DNA of 64,000 bases from positions 46,548 through 110,547 of the forward strand of contig JAYSFJ010000015.1 of the NCBI GenBank assembly GCA_041913465.1, given 5' to 3'. This DNA is from Mesorhizobium sp. Lineage in GTDB: Bacteria; Pseudomonadota; Alphaproteobacteria; Rhizobiales; Rhizobiaceae. Positions within the stretch are counted from its first letter, which is position 1, and each line of letters starts with the position of its first letter. A program made the translations under genes and the position numbers. Below, one piece after another: positions 1 to 8,403 of this stretch. The notes below the pieces were generated by a model that was not told the DNA's origin, made no database searches, and saw only the letters and a program-made list of their open reading frames with translations.

Positions 1-149
1 AGGCCCGCGATGAGCGAGATTGCAAGGAACGCCAGGAACACGAAGAATAGGATCTGCGCGATCCCAGCGGATGCCCCGGCTATGCCGCCGAAACCCAGGG
101 CGCCGGCGATGATGGCGACGACGAGAAAGACGAGGGTCCAGTACAACAT
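1..149 (-). CDS. UPF0391/DUF1328 small membrane protein (3' end cut by window edge)
   Basis: Reverse-strand ATG at 149 preceded by GGAGAG. Translation [49 protein letters not shown] fits the YtjA/UPF0391 two-helix pattern. Absent from the ORF track because it runs off the window. Confidence 0.75.
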   Translation of the reverse strand, partial: MLYWTLVFLVVAIIAGALGFGGIAGASAGIAQILFFVFLAFLAISLIAG

Positions 150-245
150 CCAACTCTCCTGAAATCAGCGGGCCAATGCCTCTCGCGGAGGGCATCTCCC
201 AGCTTCTGGCAAAATTGTGACCGACGGGGTCGATCTTCTCACCAG

Positions 246-270
246 AACGCCTCGTCGCGTGTTTTGTTCC
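246..270 (-). promoter_or_regulatory. EcfG-type (general stress sigma) promoter motif for the UPF0391 gene
   Basis: Minus strand reads GGAAC-N16-CGTT (plus strand AACG 246-249, GTTCC 266-270). It lies 96 nt upstream of the ATG at 149, between the phyR stop and the UPF0391 gene. Confidence 0.6.
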
Positions 271-292
271 CCTGTCCAGGGGCGCCTGGCGG

Positions 293-1087
293 CTACGCCG
301 CCGCTTTTGCCTGGCGGTCGAAGAAGAGCGCCTGGCTGATCAGAGCCTTCACCATCTCCGGATTGAAGGGCTTGGTGACCAGGAAAGCGGGTTCGGGGCG
401 TTCGCCGGTGAGGAGCCGCTCGGGGAAGGCGGTGATGAAGATCACCGGAACCGCGGTGGTCATGAGAATCTCGTTGACCGCGTCGATGCCCGAGCTGCCA
501 TCGGCAAGCTGGATGTCCGCCAGAACCATCTTGGGCTGGGTCCGGTTGAAGAGGCCGATCGCTTCCTTGTGGGTGCGCGCGGTGCCGACCACGCGGTGGC
601 CGAGGCTTTCCACCATCTCCTCGATGTCCATCGCAATCAGCGGCTCGTCCTCGATGATGAGGATGTCGGTGGCGACCTGTCGCGAAATCTCGCGCGACGC
701 CTCCGCGATCAGGTTTGCGAACTCCTCCTCGGACACATCGAGGATTTCAGCGGCCTGTTCGTCGGTGAACCCTTCGACGGCGATGAGGACGAACGCCTGA
801 CGCGGCAGCGGAGCAAGCGTGGCAAGGTTGGCCGCGGCGCGGCGCTCCCATGCCGACGTCGGCGGTTCGGTCGGCAGGTTCGACGCGATCGACGAGAAAA
901 GACGCGTGAAAATCTTGTAGAGCGCCACCCGATCGCTGGAGGCCTTCGGAAAGATGCTCACATCGGCAATGATCGCCTCGAGAACGGCGGCGACATGGGC
1001 GTCCCCACTCGACTGAGAACCGGACACCGCCCGCGAGAAGCGGCGCAGGAACGGCAGGTGCGGGGCGATGCTTGCGGAAAGGCTCAT
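293..1087 (-). CDS. phyR: PhyR anti-anti-sigma factor (sigma-like N-terminal domain plus receiver domain)
   Basis: ORF 293..1135. N-terminal half is ECF-sigma-like (LPRQAFVLIAVEGFTDEQAAEILDVSEEEF). C-terminal half is a receiver (ILIIEDEPLIAMDIEEM..VLADIQLADGSSG..TKPF). Divergent from nepR-ecfG. I prefer the ATG at 1087 (MSLSAS). Confidence 0.93.
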   Translation of the reverse strand: MSLSASIAPHLPFLRRFSRAVSGSQSSGDAHVAAVLEAIIADVSIFPKASSDRVALYKIFTRLFSSIASNLPTEPPTSAWERRAAANLATLAPLPRQAFVLIAVEGFTDEQAAEILDVSEEEFANLIAEASREISRQVATDILIIEDEPLIAMDIEEMVESLGHRVVGTARTHKEAIGLFNRTQPKMVLADIQLADGSSGIDAVNEILMTTAVPVIFITAFPERLLTGERPEPAFLVTKPFNPEMVKALISQALFFDRQAKAAA

Positions 1088-1146
1088 GGTAACTACGTCT
1101 CCCTCAACGACGAACTGCGCCCGGAAACGGCGCATCTATGCTTTTC

Positions 1147-1171
1147 AACGTACCGGCCAAAATAAAGTTCC
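1147..1171 (-). promoter_or_regulatory. EcfG-type promoter motif for phyR
   Basis: Minus strand reads GGAAC-tttattttggccggta-CGTT, a perfect GGAAC-N16-CGTT, 59 nt upstream of the phyR ATG at 1087. Confidence 0.7.
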
Positions 1172-1179
1172 CGGGATAC

Positions 1180-1204
1180 GGAACTTTTTTCGCCCCCGCT
1201 CATT
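1180..1204 (+). promoter_or_regulatory. EcfG-type promoter motif (near-consensus) for nepR-ecfG
   Basis: GGAAC-ttttttcgcccccgct-CATT (CATT instead of CGTT), 100 nt upstream of the nepR ATG. It sits back-to-back with the phyR motif, 8 nt apart. Confidence 0.6.
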
Positions 1205-1304
1205 TCGCCGGTGTCATTGCTGACGGCGGGCGGCAATGAGCGGCGTATTGCGCGGTCGGGGACGGTGCGCGGGCGCCAGCAACACCATAGGGCGAGTTTA
1301 CCGA

Positions 1305-1499
1305 ATGACGAAAGACAAGACACAGTCCGAGCAGCGGCCGGGGCGGGTGGGCAGCACGGATATCCTCGGCACCAATACCGAAATTGGACGCAAGCTGCGT
1401 CAGTATTATGACGGGTTGGTTTCCGAGGACGTTCCAGACCGGTTCGCCCAACTGCTCCAGGAGCTCGATCAGGCAGAATCTGCCGCGAAGCCGGAGTAG
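1305..1499 (+). CDS. nepR: NepR anti-sigma factor
   Basis: Within ORF 1236..1499. The 64-aa product from the ATG at 1305 carries the NepR signature IGRKLRQYYDGLVSEDVPDRFAQLLQELD and lies immediately upstream of the ECF sigma gene. Confidence 0.85.
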   Translation: MTKDKTQSEQRPGRVGSTDILGTNTEIGRKLRQYYDGLVSEDVPDRFAQLLQELDQAESAAKPE

Positions 1500-1503
1500 A
1501 CCG

Positions 1504-2049
1504 ATGGCAGTCTCAGCCGACTTCAAATCCGGCTTGCTCGGAGCGATCCCGAATCTGCGGGCATTCGCGGTGTCGCTTACGCACAACACCGATCGTGCGG
1601 ATGACCTCGTCCAGGAAACCCTGGTCAAGGCATGGGACAAGCACGAGAGCTTCCAGCCCGGCACGAACCTGAAGGCCTGGCTTTTCACCATCCTACGCAA
1701 CGAATTCTATTCGCAGATGCGCAAGCGCGGGCGCGAAATCCAGGATTCCGACGGGATCATGACGGCGCGGCTGGCGGTACACCCGAGCCAGCACGGTTCC
1801 CTCGACCTCGAGGATTTCCGCGTCGCCCTCGAAAGGCTGCCGGAAGATCAGCGCGAAGCGATCATCCTGATCGGTGCTTCGGGCTTTTCCTACGAGGAAG
1901 CGGCCGAGATCTGCGGTTGTGCGGTGGGGACGATCAAGAGCCGCGTAAGCCGCGCCCGAACCCGCCTTCAGGAACTGCTCGGGATTTCGGGGGAAGGCGA
2001 ATTCGGTCCGGATTCGATCGCCGCCCAGATTCTCGGCACGGCGGTGTGA
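1504..2049 (+). CDS. ecfG: ECF sigma factor EcfG (general stress response sigma)
   Basis: Within ORF 1384..2049, ATG at 1504. Sigma-70 region 2 (DLVQETLVKAWDKHESF..WLFTILRNEFYS) and region 4 (LPEDQREAIILIGASGFSYEEAAEICGCAVGTIKSRVSRAR). The nepR-ecfG/phyR synteny supports the call. Confidence 0.9.
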   Translation: MAVSADFKSGLLGAIPNLRAFAVSLTHNTDRADDLVQETLVKAWDKHESFQPGTNLKAWLFTILRNEFYSQMRKRGREIQDSDGIMTARLAVHPSQHGSLDLEDFRVALERLPEDQREAIILIGASGFSYEEAAEICGCAVGTIKSRVSRARTRLQELLGISGEGEFGPDSIAAQILGTAV

Positions 2050-2066
2050 CCCGCCGTGCTTGCGCA

Positions 2067-2519
2067 TCACTCCTGAGTTCGGGTCTTTCGGATTATCGTC
2101 TGGGCCAGCGCTGCGACAAGGTCGCTGCCCAGATAGGGTTTGGTGATCACGGGCACTCCGGGAAAGCTGGCCGACATTTCCAGCGGGTCGGAATATCCGG
2201 TTGCGAAGACGAAAGGCCGGCCAGTATCGAAGAGGGTGCGCGCGAAATCCACGGCGGATTCCCCGCCGAGGCGTAGATCAACCACCGCCGCGTCGAAATC
2301 GAAGGGCTTGCCATCCGCAGTCCCGATCTCGTTGAGGGTGCGGCAGATGTAGACCTCGGCCGCGCCGTAGTCCCGGCAGGCCTGCTCCACCTCCATTGCG
2401 ATCAGGAACTCGTCTTCCAGGACGAGAATGCTGAGGCCGTCCAGCGGCAGGGTTTTCAAAATTGGTTTCTCCGAAAATGCTTGGGTACGCTCATTGCAGC
2501 ACCGCTCACAGTACGTCAT
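2067..2519 (-). CDS. Single-domain response regulator (receiver only)
   Basis: ORF translation has SILVLEDEFLIAMEVE, AAVVDLRLGG and VITKPY receiver motifs and no output domain. An internal TTG at 2459 with GGAGAA upstream is an alternative start. Confidence 0.8.
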   Translation of the reverse strand: MTYCERCCNERTQAFSEKPILKTLPLDGLSILVLEDEFLIAMEVEQACRDYGAAEVYICRTLNEIGTADGKPFDFDAAVVDLRLGGESAVDFARTLFDTGRPFVFATGYSDPLEMSASFPGVPVITKPYLGSDLVAALAQTIIRKTRTQE

Positions 2520-2556
2520 TTAACTATGACATGTGCCTGAGGCGGGAGGAGATGAG

Positions 2557-3312
2557 GTGACTATCGCAGCGCCGAGCCTGGGCAAGCTTTATCCTTGCGA
2601 GATATGCCCGCTGCGGCCCCTCCACACCTTCCGCGATTTCCAGCCTGACGAACTGGCCTTCATCAGCCGGTTCAAGACCGGCGAACTGACGGTCGATCGC
2701 GGAACGACCGTTCTCGTGGAAGGCAGCCATAGTGCTCACCTGTACACCGTTCTGTCGGGTTGGGCTTTCCGCTACAAATTGATGTCCGATGGCAGGCGTC
2801 AGATCCTGAACTATGTCGTGCCAGGCGATCTCATCGGCCTTCAGGGCAGTCTGACCGGCGAGATGCAGCACTCCGTCGAGGCACTGTCGACCCTGATGCT
2901 GTGCGTGTTCGAGCGCGATCAGCTCTTCACGCTCTATCGCAACCATCCCGGACTCGCGTACGATCTCACCTGGCTCGCCGCCCGGGAGGAACAGATGCTG
3001 GATGAAAACCTGCTCAGCGTCGGGCGACGGAGCGCGCTGGAGCGTGCGGCCTATCTTCTGGCGTTCCTGCACCAGCGCGCGAAGACGGTTCACCTCTATG
3101 CCAACGGCCGGGCCACCATCCCGATCACGCAACAGCATGTGGCCGATACACTGGGCCTTTCCATCGTCCACACCAACAAGACCCTTCGCAAACTCATCAA
3201 CCGCAACGCGATCCGCTGGCTCGACCGCGGCTGCGAAGTGCTGGATGAGGCGGCGCTTCTCGGGATCGCAGGTTGGGAAGGGCTTGGCGAGCAGCGCCGC
3301 CCGCTGATGTGA
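2557..3312 (+). CDS. Crp/Fnr family transcriptional regulator
   Basis: ORF 2533..3312. cNMP-binding-like N-terminal region (VLVEGSHSAHLYTVLSGWAFRYKLMSDGRRQILNYVVPGDLIGLQG) and a C-terminal HTH (TQQHVADTLGLSIVHTNKTLRKL). The GTG at 2557 has GGGAGGAG upstream; the start is uncertain. Confidence 0.85.
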   Translation: MTIAAPSLGKLYPCEICPLRPLHTFRDFQPDELAFISRFKTGELTVDRGTTVLVEGSHSAHLYTVLSGWAFRYKLMSDGRRQILNYVVPGDLIGLQGSLTGEMQHSVEALSTLMLCVFERDQLFTLYRNHPGLAYDLTWLAAREEQMLDENLLSVGRRSALERAAYLLAFLHQRAKTVHLYANGRATIPITQQHVADTLGLSIVHTNKTLRKLINRNAIRWLDRGCEVLDEAALLGIAGWEGLGEQRRPLM

Positions 3313-3365
3313 GGAATTCGGCTGGACTCGCGCGGGGAAAGGCATTTTGATACTGGCGGACCGGA

Positions 3366-3390
3366 GGAACCTCGCCGCCGGTCCCGCGTT
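3366..3390 (+). promoter_or_regulatory. EcfG-type promoter motif for the DUF883 operon
   Basis: GGAAC-ctcgccgccggtcccg-CGTT, perfect N16 spacing, 30 nt upstream of the ATG at 3421. Confidence 0.7.
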
Positions 3391-3420
3391 TGGAAACCTG
3401 CAAACGCAAAGGAGCCTTCC

Positions 3421-3774
3421 ATGCCGTCTTCGACAGCAAAAACCGAAAAAGCCGCCAACGGTTCCAGGGACGCAGCTTCGCAGCCGTCGGTTTCCGAGAT
3501 GGAAGCGCAGATCGAAACCCTCAAGGCCGAGATCGCAAAGCTCACGGCACAGGTCCAGAGTTCCGGCGAGCGATCGCTGGAGGCGGTGAAGAACATTGCC
3601 CATGAAGGCCTCAACCAGGCGCGCGCCAAAGGCGAGGCGGCCATGCAGGGCCTGAAGTCCGAGGCCTACGACATCGAGGGCGAAATCGTCGCGCGGGTCC
3701 GCGAAAAGCCGGTCACATCCTTGGCAATAGCTGCGGGCGTCGGCTTCCTCTTCGCGCTGCTGGCACGCCGCTGA
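3421..3774 (+). CDS. DUF883 (ElaB/YqjD-like) stress-induced membrane-anchored protein
   Basis: 117 aa. Coiled N-terminal part and a C-terminal anchor (KPVTSLAIAAGVGFLFALLARR), as in ElaB/YqjD. AAAGGAG ribosome-binding site upstream. Confidence 0.85.
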   Translation: MPSSTAKTEKAANGSRDAASQPSVSEMEAQIETLKAEIAKLTAQVQSSGERSLEAVKNIAHEGLNQARAKGEAAMQGLKSEAYDIEGEIVARVREKPVTSLAIAAGVGFLFALLARR

Positions 3775-3799
3775 CGCCTCGTCCTACCCCGGAACATCC

Positions 3800-4252
3800 A
3801 TGCTCGCGGCGCTGATCCAGTCCATCGTATCCGGAGAGACGACGCGGGCGGCGAAGCGCGTGCGGCGCGCCATGATCGACTATATGATCGCCGGAATCTG
3901 CCTGGCGATCGGCTTGGGCTTCCTGATCGCCGCCGCCTATATCTTCGTCGCGGAGCGATACGGTCCGCTCTACACGGCCATCGGCTTCGGACTGGGGTTC
4001 ATCGCCCTGGCCGGCGTGGCGCTGATAGTCCATCGCATCATTTCCGGCATTCAGGCCAAGCGCCGCGCCGAAGAGGCGCGGGCCGCCCAAATGCAGGCGA
4101 TTGCCGGCGCGGCGGCCTTCGCTATCCTTCCCGCGCTTCTCAAGGGGCGTGGCGGCCTCGTATCGCTTCTGGCGCCGGTCGCCGCCATGGTCGCGTATGC
4201 GATCTTCAAGGAAAACAGCGACCTCGGGCGCGACGACGACCAGGACAGCTAA
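3800..4252 (+). CDS. YqjE-like / holin-X family membrane protein
   Basis: 150 aa with two central hydrophobic helices (MIAGICLAIGLGFLIAAAYIF, LYTAIGFGLGFIALAGVALIV). It follows a DUF883 gene, as in the E. coli yqjD-yqjE arrangement. Confidence 0.7.
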   Translation: MLAALIQSIVSGETTRAAKRVRRAMIDYMIAGICLAIGLGFLIAAAYIFVAERYGPLYTAIGFGLGFIALAGVALIVHRIISGIQAKRRAEEARAAQMQAIAGAAAFAILPALLKGRGGLVSLLAPVAAMVAYAIFKENSDLGRDDDQDS

Positions 4253-4276
4253 GGTCTGATAAATCAGGGCTATTTC

Positions 4277-4301
4277 GGAACCGATGCGGATGAGGCGCAT
4301 T
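4277..4301 (+). promoter_or_regulatory. EcfG-type promoter motif (near-consensus)
   Basis: GGAAC-cgatgcggatgaggcg-CATT, 29 nt upstream of the ATG at 4331. Confidence 0.45.
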
Positions 4302-4330
4302 TGGCATGCGACGATCATGAGGAGCATGTC

Positions 4331-4531
4331 ATGCGTAGATTTTTCCAGGCCCGGGAAGCACGTCAGGGCCGCCGCGGCTTTCCGGTCTTCGTCATCCTCC
4401 TGGTTTCACTCGCGCTTGCCTGCGCGGTCTGGTTCGCCGTCGAGATGTATGGAACGGCGATCCAGTCGCCGCAGACTGAAGCCACCCAGCCGACGACGGG
4501 CGAGACGACTCCAGCCACGTCGGGCGGCTGA
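4331..4531 (+). CDS. Small single-pass membrane protein (unknown family)
   Basis: Within ORF 4301..4531. ATG at 4331 preceded by GAGGAG. One TM helix (FPVFVILLVSLALACAVWFAV) and a T/P-rich tail. Confidence 0.5.
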   Translation: MRRFFQAREARQGRRGFPVFVILLVSLALACAVWFAVEMYGTAIQSPQTEATQPTTGETTPATSGG

Positions 4532-4534
4532 CGC

Positions 4535-5431
4535 TTATGCGGGGACCAGCACCCGAAGCGATTTCGGATGAATTCGGATCGTCGTCTCGTGCTCGATCGG
4601 TGATAGCTCTCCGTCGATCACGCAGCGGTGCCGCTTGTGCAGGCGGGTGAACTTCAGCACGACCTGCCGGCCCGTGTGGATCTCGACATGCGCATTTCGC
4701 CGCCACTGTCCGACCAGCATGTGGAGGAGGGCGGACAGGAGATGCGGCAGGCGCCGCGCCGTGGTGACGTAGACGCCGAGCGTTCCGCCGTCAGGGTGGT
4801 CCGCGTAAGGCAGGTGCCCCTCGCCGAACAGGTTGTTGGTGACACCGATGCCCGATGCCCGCACCAGGATTTCGGTACCGTCGATGTCGATGCTGACCAG
4901 CATCGACGGCGGCCGGACCAGGGTCGCGAAGGTGGCGCGGACCGAAGCGCCGATCTTTCCGAGGCGCGAAGAGAAGGTCATCTCGTCGCGGATCTTCACC
5001 AGCTTGGCGTGAAGGCCGACCGAATACTGATGGACGAACGGCGTGCCGTTGGCGGTTGCGACGTCCACCTCCCTGGCCGTGCCGGTCGCCAACGCTGCGA
5101 CTGCCGAGTCGAGATCGAGCGGCATGCCGAGGCTGCGTGCGAAGAGGTTCATCGTTCCGGCCGGAAGGACGGCGAGTATCTTGTCCGTATCCATGACGAC
5201 GCCCGCCGCAGCCGAGATCGTGCCGTCTCCGCCCCCCGCCAGGATCACATCCGTGTCGGGTGAGGCAACCGCCTGACGCAGCGCGTCCATGAGGCCGCTG
5301 CCTTCCACGATGCGAACGTCCACCGTGTGTCCGGCCTCGCCCAGCCGATCACGCAGGGTGGCGGCGAATGCATCGAGATCCATCGTGCGCAGCGTTCCCC
5401 CACCACTGTTCAGCACGGCGACAAACCGCAT
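4535..5431 (-). CDS. Diacylglycerol/lipid kinase family protein (YegS/DAGK catalytic domain)
   Basis: ORF 4535..5473. Motifs VILAGGGDGTISAAAG and LAVLPAGTMNLFARSLG are typical of DAGK_cat. I prefer the ATG at 5431 (MRFVAVLNSGGG), which has GGAG upstream. Confidence 0.85.
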   Translation of the reverse strand: MRFVAVLNSGGGTLRTMDLDAFAATLRDRLGEAGHTVDVRIVEGSGLMDALRQAVASPDTDVILAGGGDGTISAAAGVVMDTDKILAVLPAGTMNLFARSLGMPLDLDSAVAALATGTAREVDVATANGTPFVHQYSVGLHAKLVKIRDEMTFSSRLGKIGASVRATFATLVRPPSMLVSIDIDGTEILVRASGIGVTNNLFGEGHLPYADHPDGGTLGVYVTTARRLPHLLSALLHMLVGQWRRNAHVEIHTGRQVVLKFTRLHKRHRCVIDGELSPIEHETTIRIHPKSLRVLVPA

Positions 5432-5490
5432 GGCATACTCCGGATGGGTTGGATGGGCTGGGATCTGCATCACGCAAACAGGCGCCCAGT

Positions 5491-5515
5491 AACGCGCAAA
5501 CGGAGTAAAGGTTCC
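5491..5515 (-). promoter_or_regulatory. EcfG-type promoter motif for the lipid kinase gene
   Basis: Minus strand reads GGAAC-ctttactccgtttgcg-CGTT, a perfect match, 59 nt upstream of the ATG at 5431. Confidence 0.65.
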
Positions 5516-5572
5516 ACATTTTTTCTTTGAAAATCAAAGCGCAAGGCAGGACGCCGACTGTCGGTCTATTTG

Positions 5573-5597
5573 GGAACCCGATCCGCAAACCGGCGTT
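5573..5597 (+). promoter_or_regulatory. EcfG-type promoter motif for the PRC-barrel gene
   Basis: GGAAC-ccgatccgcaaaccgg-CGTT, a perfect match, 87 nt upstream of the ATG at 5685. Confidence 0.7.
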
Positions 5598-5684
5598 AAC
5601 CGGACTGTGAGGCCGCGCCACCTTCACAGCGACGATCGAATGGCGCGGCCGTGCAAAGAAACCCTGCACGAAGGAGAGATTACC

Positions 5685-6722
5685 ATGATCCGCAAGCTTT
5701 TGGCGACCACCGCAATCCTGACGATCGTTTCGACCGGCGCGTTTGCCCAGACGACCGCCCCGACCACGGAGCCGGCCCCGGCGACTCCCCCGGCCGCGAC
5801 CGAAGCAGCCCCGGCTGCGCCGCTTGCTCCGGGCGTAGCCGTTGAGCAGTCCGAAGTGACGGCCGATGGCCAGCTCGCCTCCAATCTGATCGGCGAGAAT
5901 GTCTACAACAGCACCGCCGAAGATGCCGAGAAGGTCGGCGACGTCAACGATCTCGTCCTCTCCAAGGACGGCATGGTCGAGGCCATCGTGATCGGTGTCG
6001 GCGGCTTCCTCGGAATCGGCGAAAAGGATGTTGCGATCGACTTCAAGACGATCGACTGGGCCGAGCGCGACGGCGACCGCTGGATCGTGATCCAGGCGAC
6101 GGCCGATCAGCTGAAGGAGCTTCCTGACTTCGATCGTGGTGCGTATGCGCCTGCCCCGGCAGTCGCTTCGAACGACGCGGCGACCCCGCCTGCGACGACA
6201 ACCCCGTCGACCGACATGAGCCAGAACAACGCGGCCACCCCGCCGACCGCGACCGACAGCACGGCTGAGGCTCCGGCCGCCTCCGGCACCGACAAGACCG
6301 CAGAGGCTCCGGCTGCTTCGGGCACCGAGACGACGGCTCAGGCGCCTGCTGCGACGGACAAGACTGCAACGGCAGCTATCGACCGTTCGAAGCTCAAGGA
6401 GCTGAACACGGCCGAGATTCGCTCGGAGGATCTGGTCGGCACGACGGTCTACGGCGCCAACGAGGAGAACATCGGCGAGATCGGCGACGTCGTCCTGCAG
6501 GGCGACAAGGTCGATGCGGTGATCATCGACGTCGGCGGCTTCCTCGGCGTCGGCGAGAAGGAAGTGGCCGTGGGCATGGACAAACTGACCTTCATGGCCG
6601 ACGAGGATGGCGACCGCTACCTCTACACGACCTTCACGAAGGAACAGCTCGACGCGGCGCCTGCCTATGACGAGGGCGCCTATGCCGAGAAGCGCGACGA
6701 AATGCGCATCATGCCGAACTGA
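5685..6722 (+). CDS. Secreted protein with two PRC-barrel domains
   Basis: Within ORF 5607..6722. ATG at 5685 with GAAGGAGAG upstream. Signal peptide MIRKLLATTAILTIVSTGAFA. Two PRC-barrel units (VGDVNDLVLSKDGMVEAIVIGVGGFLGIGEKDVAI and IGEIGDVVLQGDKVDAVIIDVGGFLGVGEKEVAV) are joined by an A/P/T-rich linker. Confidence 0.85.
   Translation: MIRKLLATTAILTIVSTGAFAQTTAPTTEPAPATPPAATEAAPAAPLAPGVAVEQSEVTADGQLASNLIGENVYNSTAEDAEKVGDVNDLVLSKDGMVEAIVIGVGGFLGIGEKDVAIDFKTIDWAERDGDRWIVIQATADQLKELPDFDRGAYAPAPAVASNDAATPPATTTPSTDMSQNNAATPPTATDSTAEAPAASGTDKTAEAPAASGTETTAQAPAATDKTATAAIDRSKLKELNTAEIRSEDLVGTTVYGANEENIGEIGDVVLQGDKVDAVIIDVGGFLGVGEKEVAVGMDKLTFMADEDGDRYLYTTFTKEQLDAAPAYDEGAYAEKRDEMRIMPN
6261..6362 (+). 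repeat. In-frame imperfect tandem repeat (36 nt x about 2.8) in the PRC-barrel linker
   Basis: Units 6261-6296, 6297-6332 and 6333-6362 encode TAEAPAASGTDK / TAEAPAASGTET / TAQAPAATDK. Confidence 0.7.
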
Positions 6723-6744
6723 TCGGTCAGGCATGCGGACATCG

Positions 6745-6780
6745 GCCCGCGCGGGGAACCGCGCGGGCCGTTTTCGTTTG
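6745..6780 (+). terminator. Rho-independent terminator after the PRC-barrel gene
   Basis: 11-bp GC stem ggcccgcgcgg/ccgcgcgggcc with loop ggaa, followed by ttttcgttt. Confidence 0.6.
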
Positions 6781-6782
6781 CA

Positions 6783-8336
6783 TCAGAGGTATCGTTTGCC
6801 AGCCACTCCGCCTTCAGTCAGCTCCAGCAATGCCAGGGACTGGTCGAGATGTTCGGCGCGCCATTCGAGCAGGCGTTCGGCCATTTCGAGGCGCGCGGAT
6901 GTATAAGCCGCGTCGCTCGCCAGATTGCGGGTTTCGTCCGGATCCTCCCTCAGATCGAACAGAACCGGCGGCAGGCCGCCGCCGAAGTGTACGTATTTCC
7001 ACCGGTCGGTCCGCAGGACCGCGAGGTTGCACTGCCTCGGCGACAGGCCGAAGCGTTTCTCCGCAGTGCCCTTGGCGATGGAGCGGAAGTCGAACTCCCA
7101 GTGCGCGGCGTCGCGCCAGGCTTTCGGCGATGACCCGTCGAGAAAGGGCGCCAGCGATCGGCCGTCGAGATGCGCCGGCACCGGAGCGCCGACCAGGTCG
7201 AGCAGGGTCGGCATGATGTCGACAGCCTCGGTGAACGCGTCGACGCGGCTGCCGCGTGTTCTTTTCCGTCGCGGGTCGCGGACCACCAGCGGCACGTGGT
7301 AGCTCTGGTCGAAGAAGCCGCCCTTCCCCATCGAGAAGTGGTCCCCCATCATCTCGGCATGGTCGGACATGAAGACGACGATCGTGTCGTCCCAGGCGCC
7401 GCTTGCGGCGATCGCGTCGAATATGCGGCCGAGCTGGCCGTCGACTTCCGTGATCATGCCCCAGTAGAGGGCGCGGATCTGACGGACCTCGTCCTCGCCC
7501 CAGTCGCGCACCTTGCCCTTTGCACCCGGAATGAACTTCGTTTTCCTCAGCCGTTCCATTGCCCAGGCGGAGAACGGATGGATCGCGGCTTCCGCCTCCA
7601 TGTCCGCCGCCCGCCGCAGCGCCGGCCCGTCGGACGGGTCGTACATGGTGTTGAACGGCTCCGGCACGATGAAGGGCGGATGCGGGCTGATGAAGGAGAG
7701 ATGGGCGAACCAGGGCTCGGCCGCCTCCTGTTCGCCCAGCCAGCGGATGAACTCGCCGGCGATGAAGGCGGCGGGTGTCTCGTCCTTCGAATAGACGGGC
7801 GGGGCGGACGAGACTTCGGGAGAGCGCTTCGCCGGCTTGTGAATGTCCGGGAAAGCGGCGGTTGTCTTCACGCCGCGCGCGGCGAGCCTGGACAGCCACG
7901 GCTTCTGATGCTCGGGCAAGAGCACGCGCGGGAAGAAGCCCGGCAGGATGCCTTCATAGGTCCTGAGCGCCGGATCCGACGGGTCGAGCCCCCGCGGATC
8001 GGGCGAGGTGTCGGTGTAGCCGAAGAGCGTCGGCGTGTAGCCGGCGCGCCGGGCGGCGAGCGCGATGTTGTCATGCCGGGCGTCAAGCGGTGTCCCGTTG
8101 CGGCAGACGCGGTTGTTCATCTGGTAGAGGCCGGTGTAGATGCAGGCGCGGGCGGGGGAGCAAGGCGCCGCACCCGCGTAGTGGCGCGAGAACAAGACGC
8201 CCTCCTTTGCCAGCCGGTCGACATTGGGCGTCCGCACGACCGGGTGGCCGACGGCCGACAGGCTGTCGCCGCGCCACTGATCGCAGGTGACGAAGAGCAC
8301 GTTGGGCCGCGCCTTGTTCTTCGTTGCGCTCTTCAC
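6783..8336 (-). CDS. Cys-type sulfatase (alkaline phosphatase superfamily)
   Basis: ORF 6783..8438. N-terminal VLFVTCDQWRGD and the formylglycine motif CSPARACIYTG. I prefer the GTG at 8336 with AAGGAG upstream, because the longer form overlaps the divergent gene at 8404. Confidence 0.85.
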   Translation of the reverse strand: MKSATKNKARPNVLFVTCDQWRGDSLSAVGHPVVRTPNVDRLAKEGVLFSRHYAGAAPCSPARACIYTGLYQMNNRVCRNGTPLDARHDNIALAARRAGYTPTLFGYTDTSPDPRGLDPSDPALRTYEGILPGFFPRVLLPEHQKPWLSRLAARGVKTTAAFPDIHKPAKRSPEVSSAPPVYSKDETPAAFIAGEFIRWLGEQEAAEPWFAHLSFISPHPPFIVPEPFNTMYDPSDGPALRRAADMEAEAAIHPFSAWAMERLRKTKFIPGAKGKVRDWGEDEVRQIRALYWGMITEVDGQLGRIFDAIAASGAWDDTIVVFMSDHAEMMGDHFSMGKGGFFDQSYHVPLVVRDPRRKRTRGSRVDAFTEAVDIMPTLLDLVGAPVPAHLDGRSLAPFLDGSSPKAWRDAAHWEFDFRSIAKGTAEKRFGLSPRQCNLAVLRTDRWKYVHFGGGLPPVLFDLREDPDETRNLASDAAYTSARLEMAERLLEWRAEHLDQSLALLELTEGGVAGKRYL

Positions 8337-8403
8337 GCCAAGCTCCTTTTCAGCAGAGAGTTCCCGTGGTCTGCTAGCAGCCGCATCGAACGGAGGAAAG
8401 CAG

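Noticed and set aside
6756-6779. Additional GGAAC-containing strings resembling EcfG promoters (6756: GGAAC-N16-GTTT; 32888: GGAAC-N16-GTCA; 40148: GGAAC-N13-CGTT; 447: GGAAC-N20-CGTT)
   Set aside because: They have the wrong -10 element or spacing, lie inside a terminator stem or coding sequence, or sit on the wrong strand relative to the nearest start codon.
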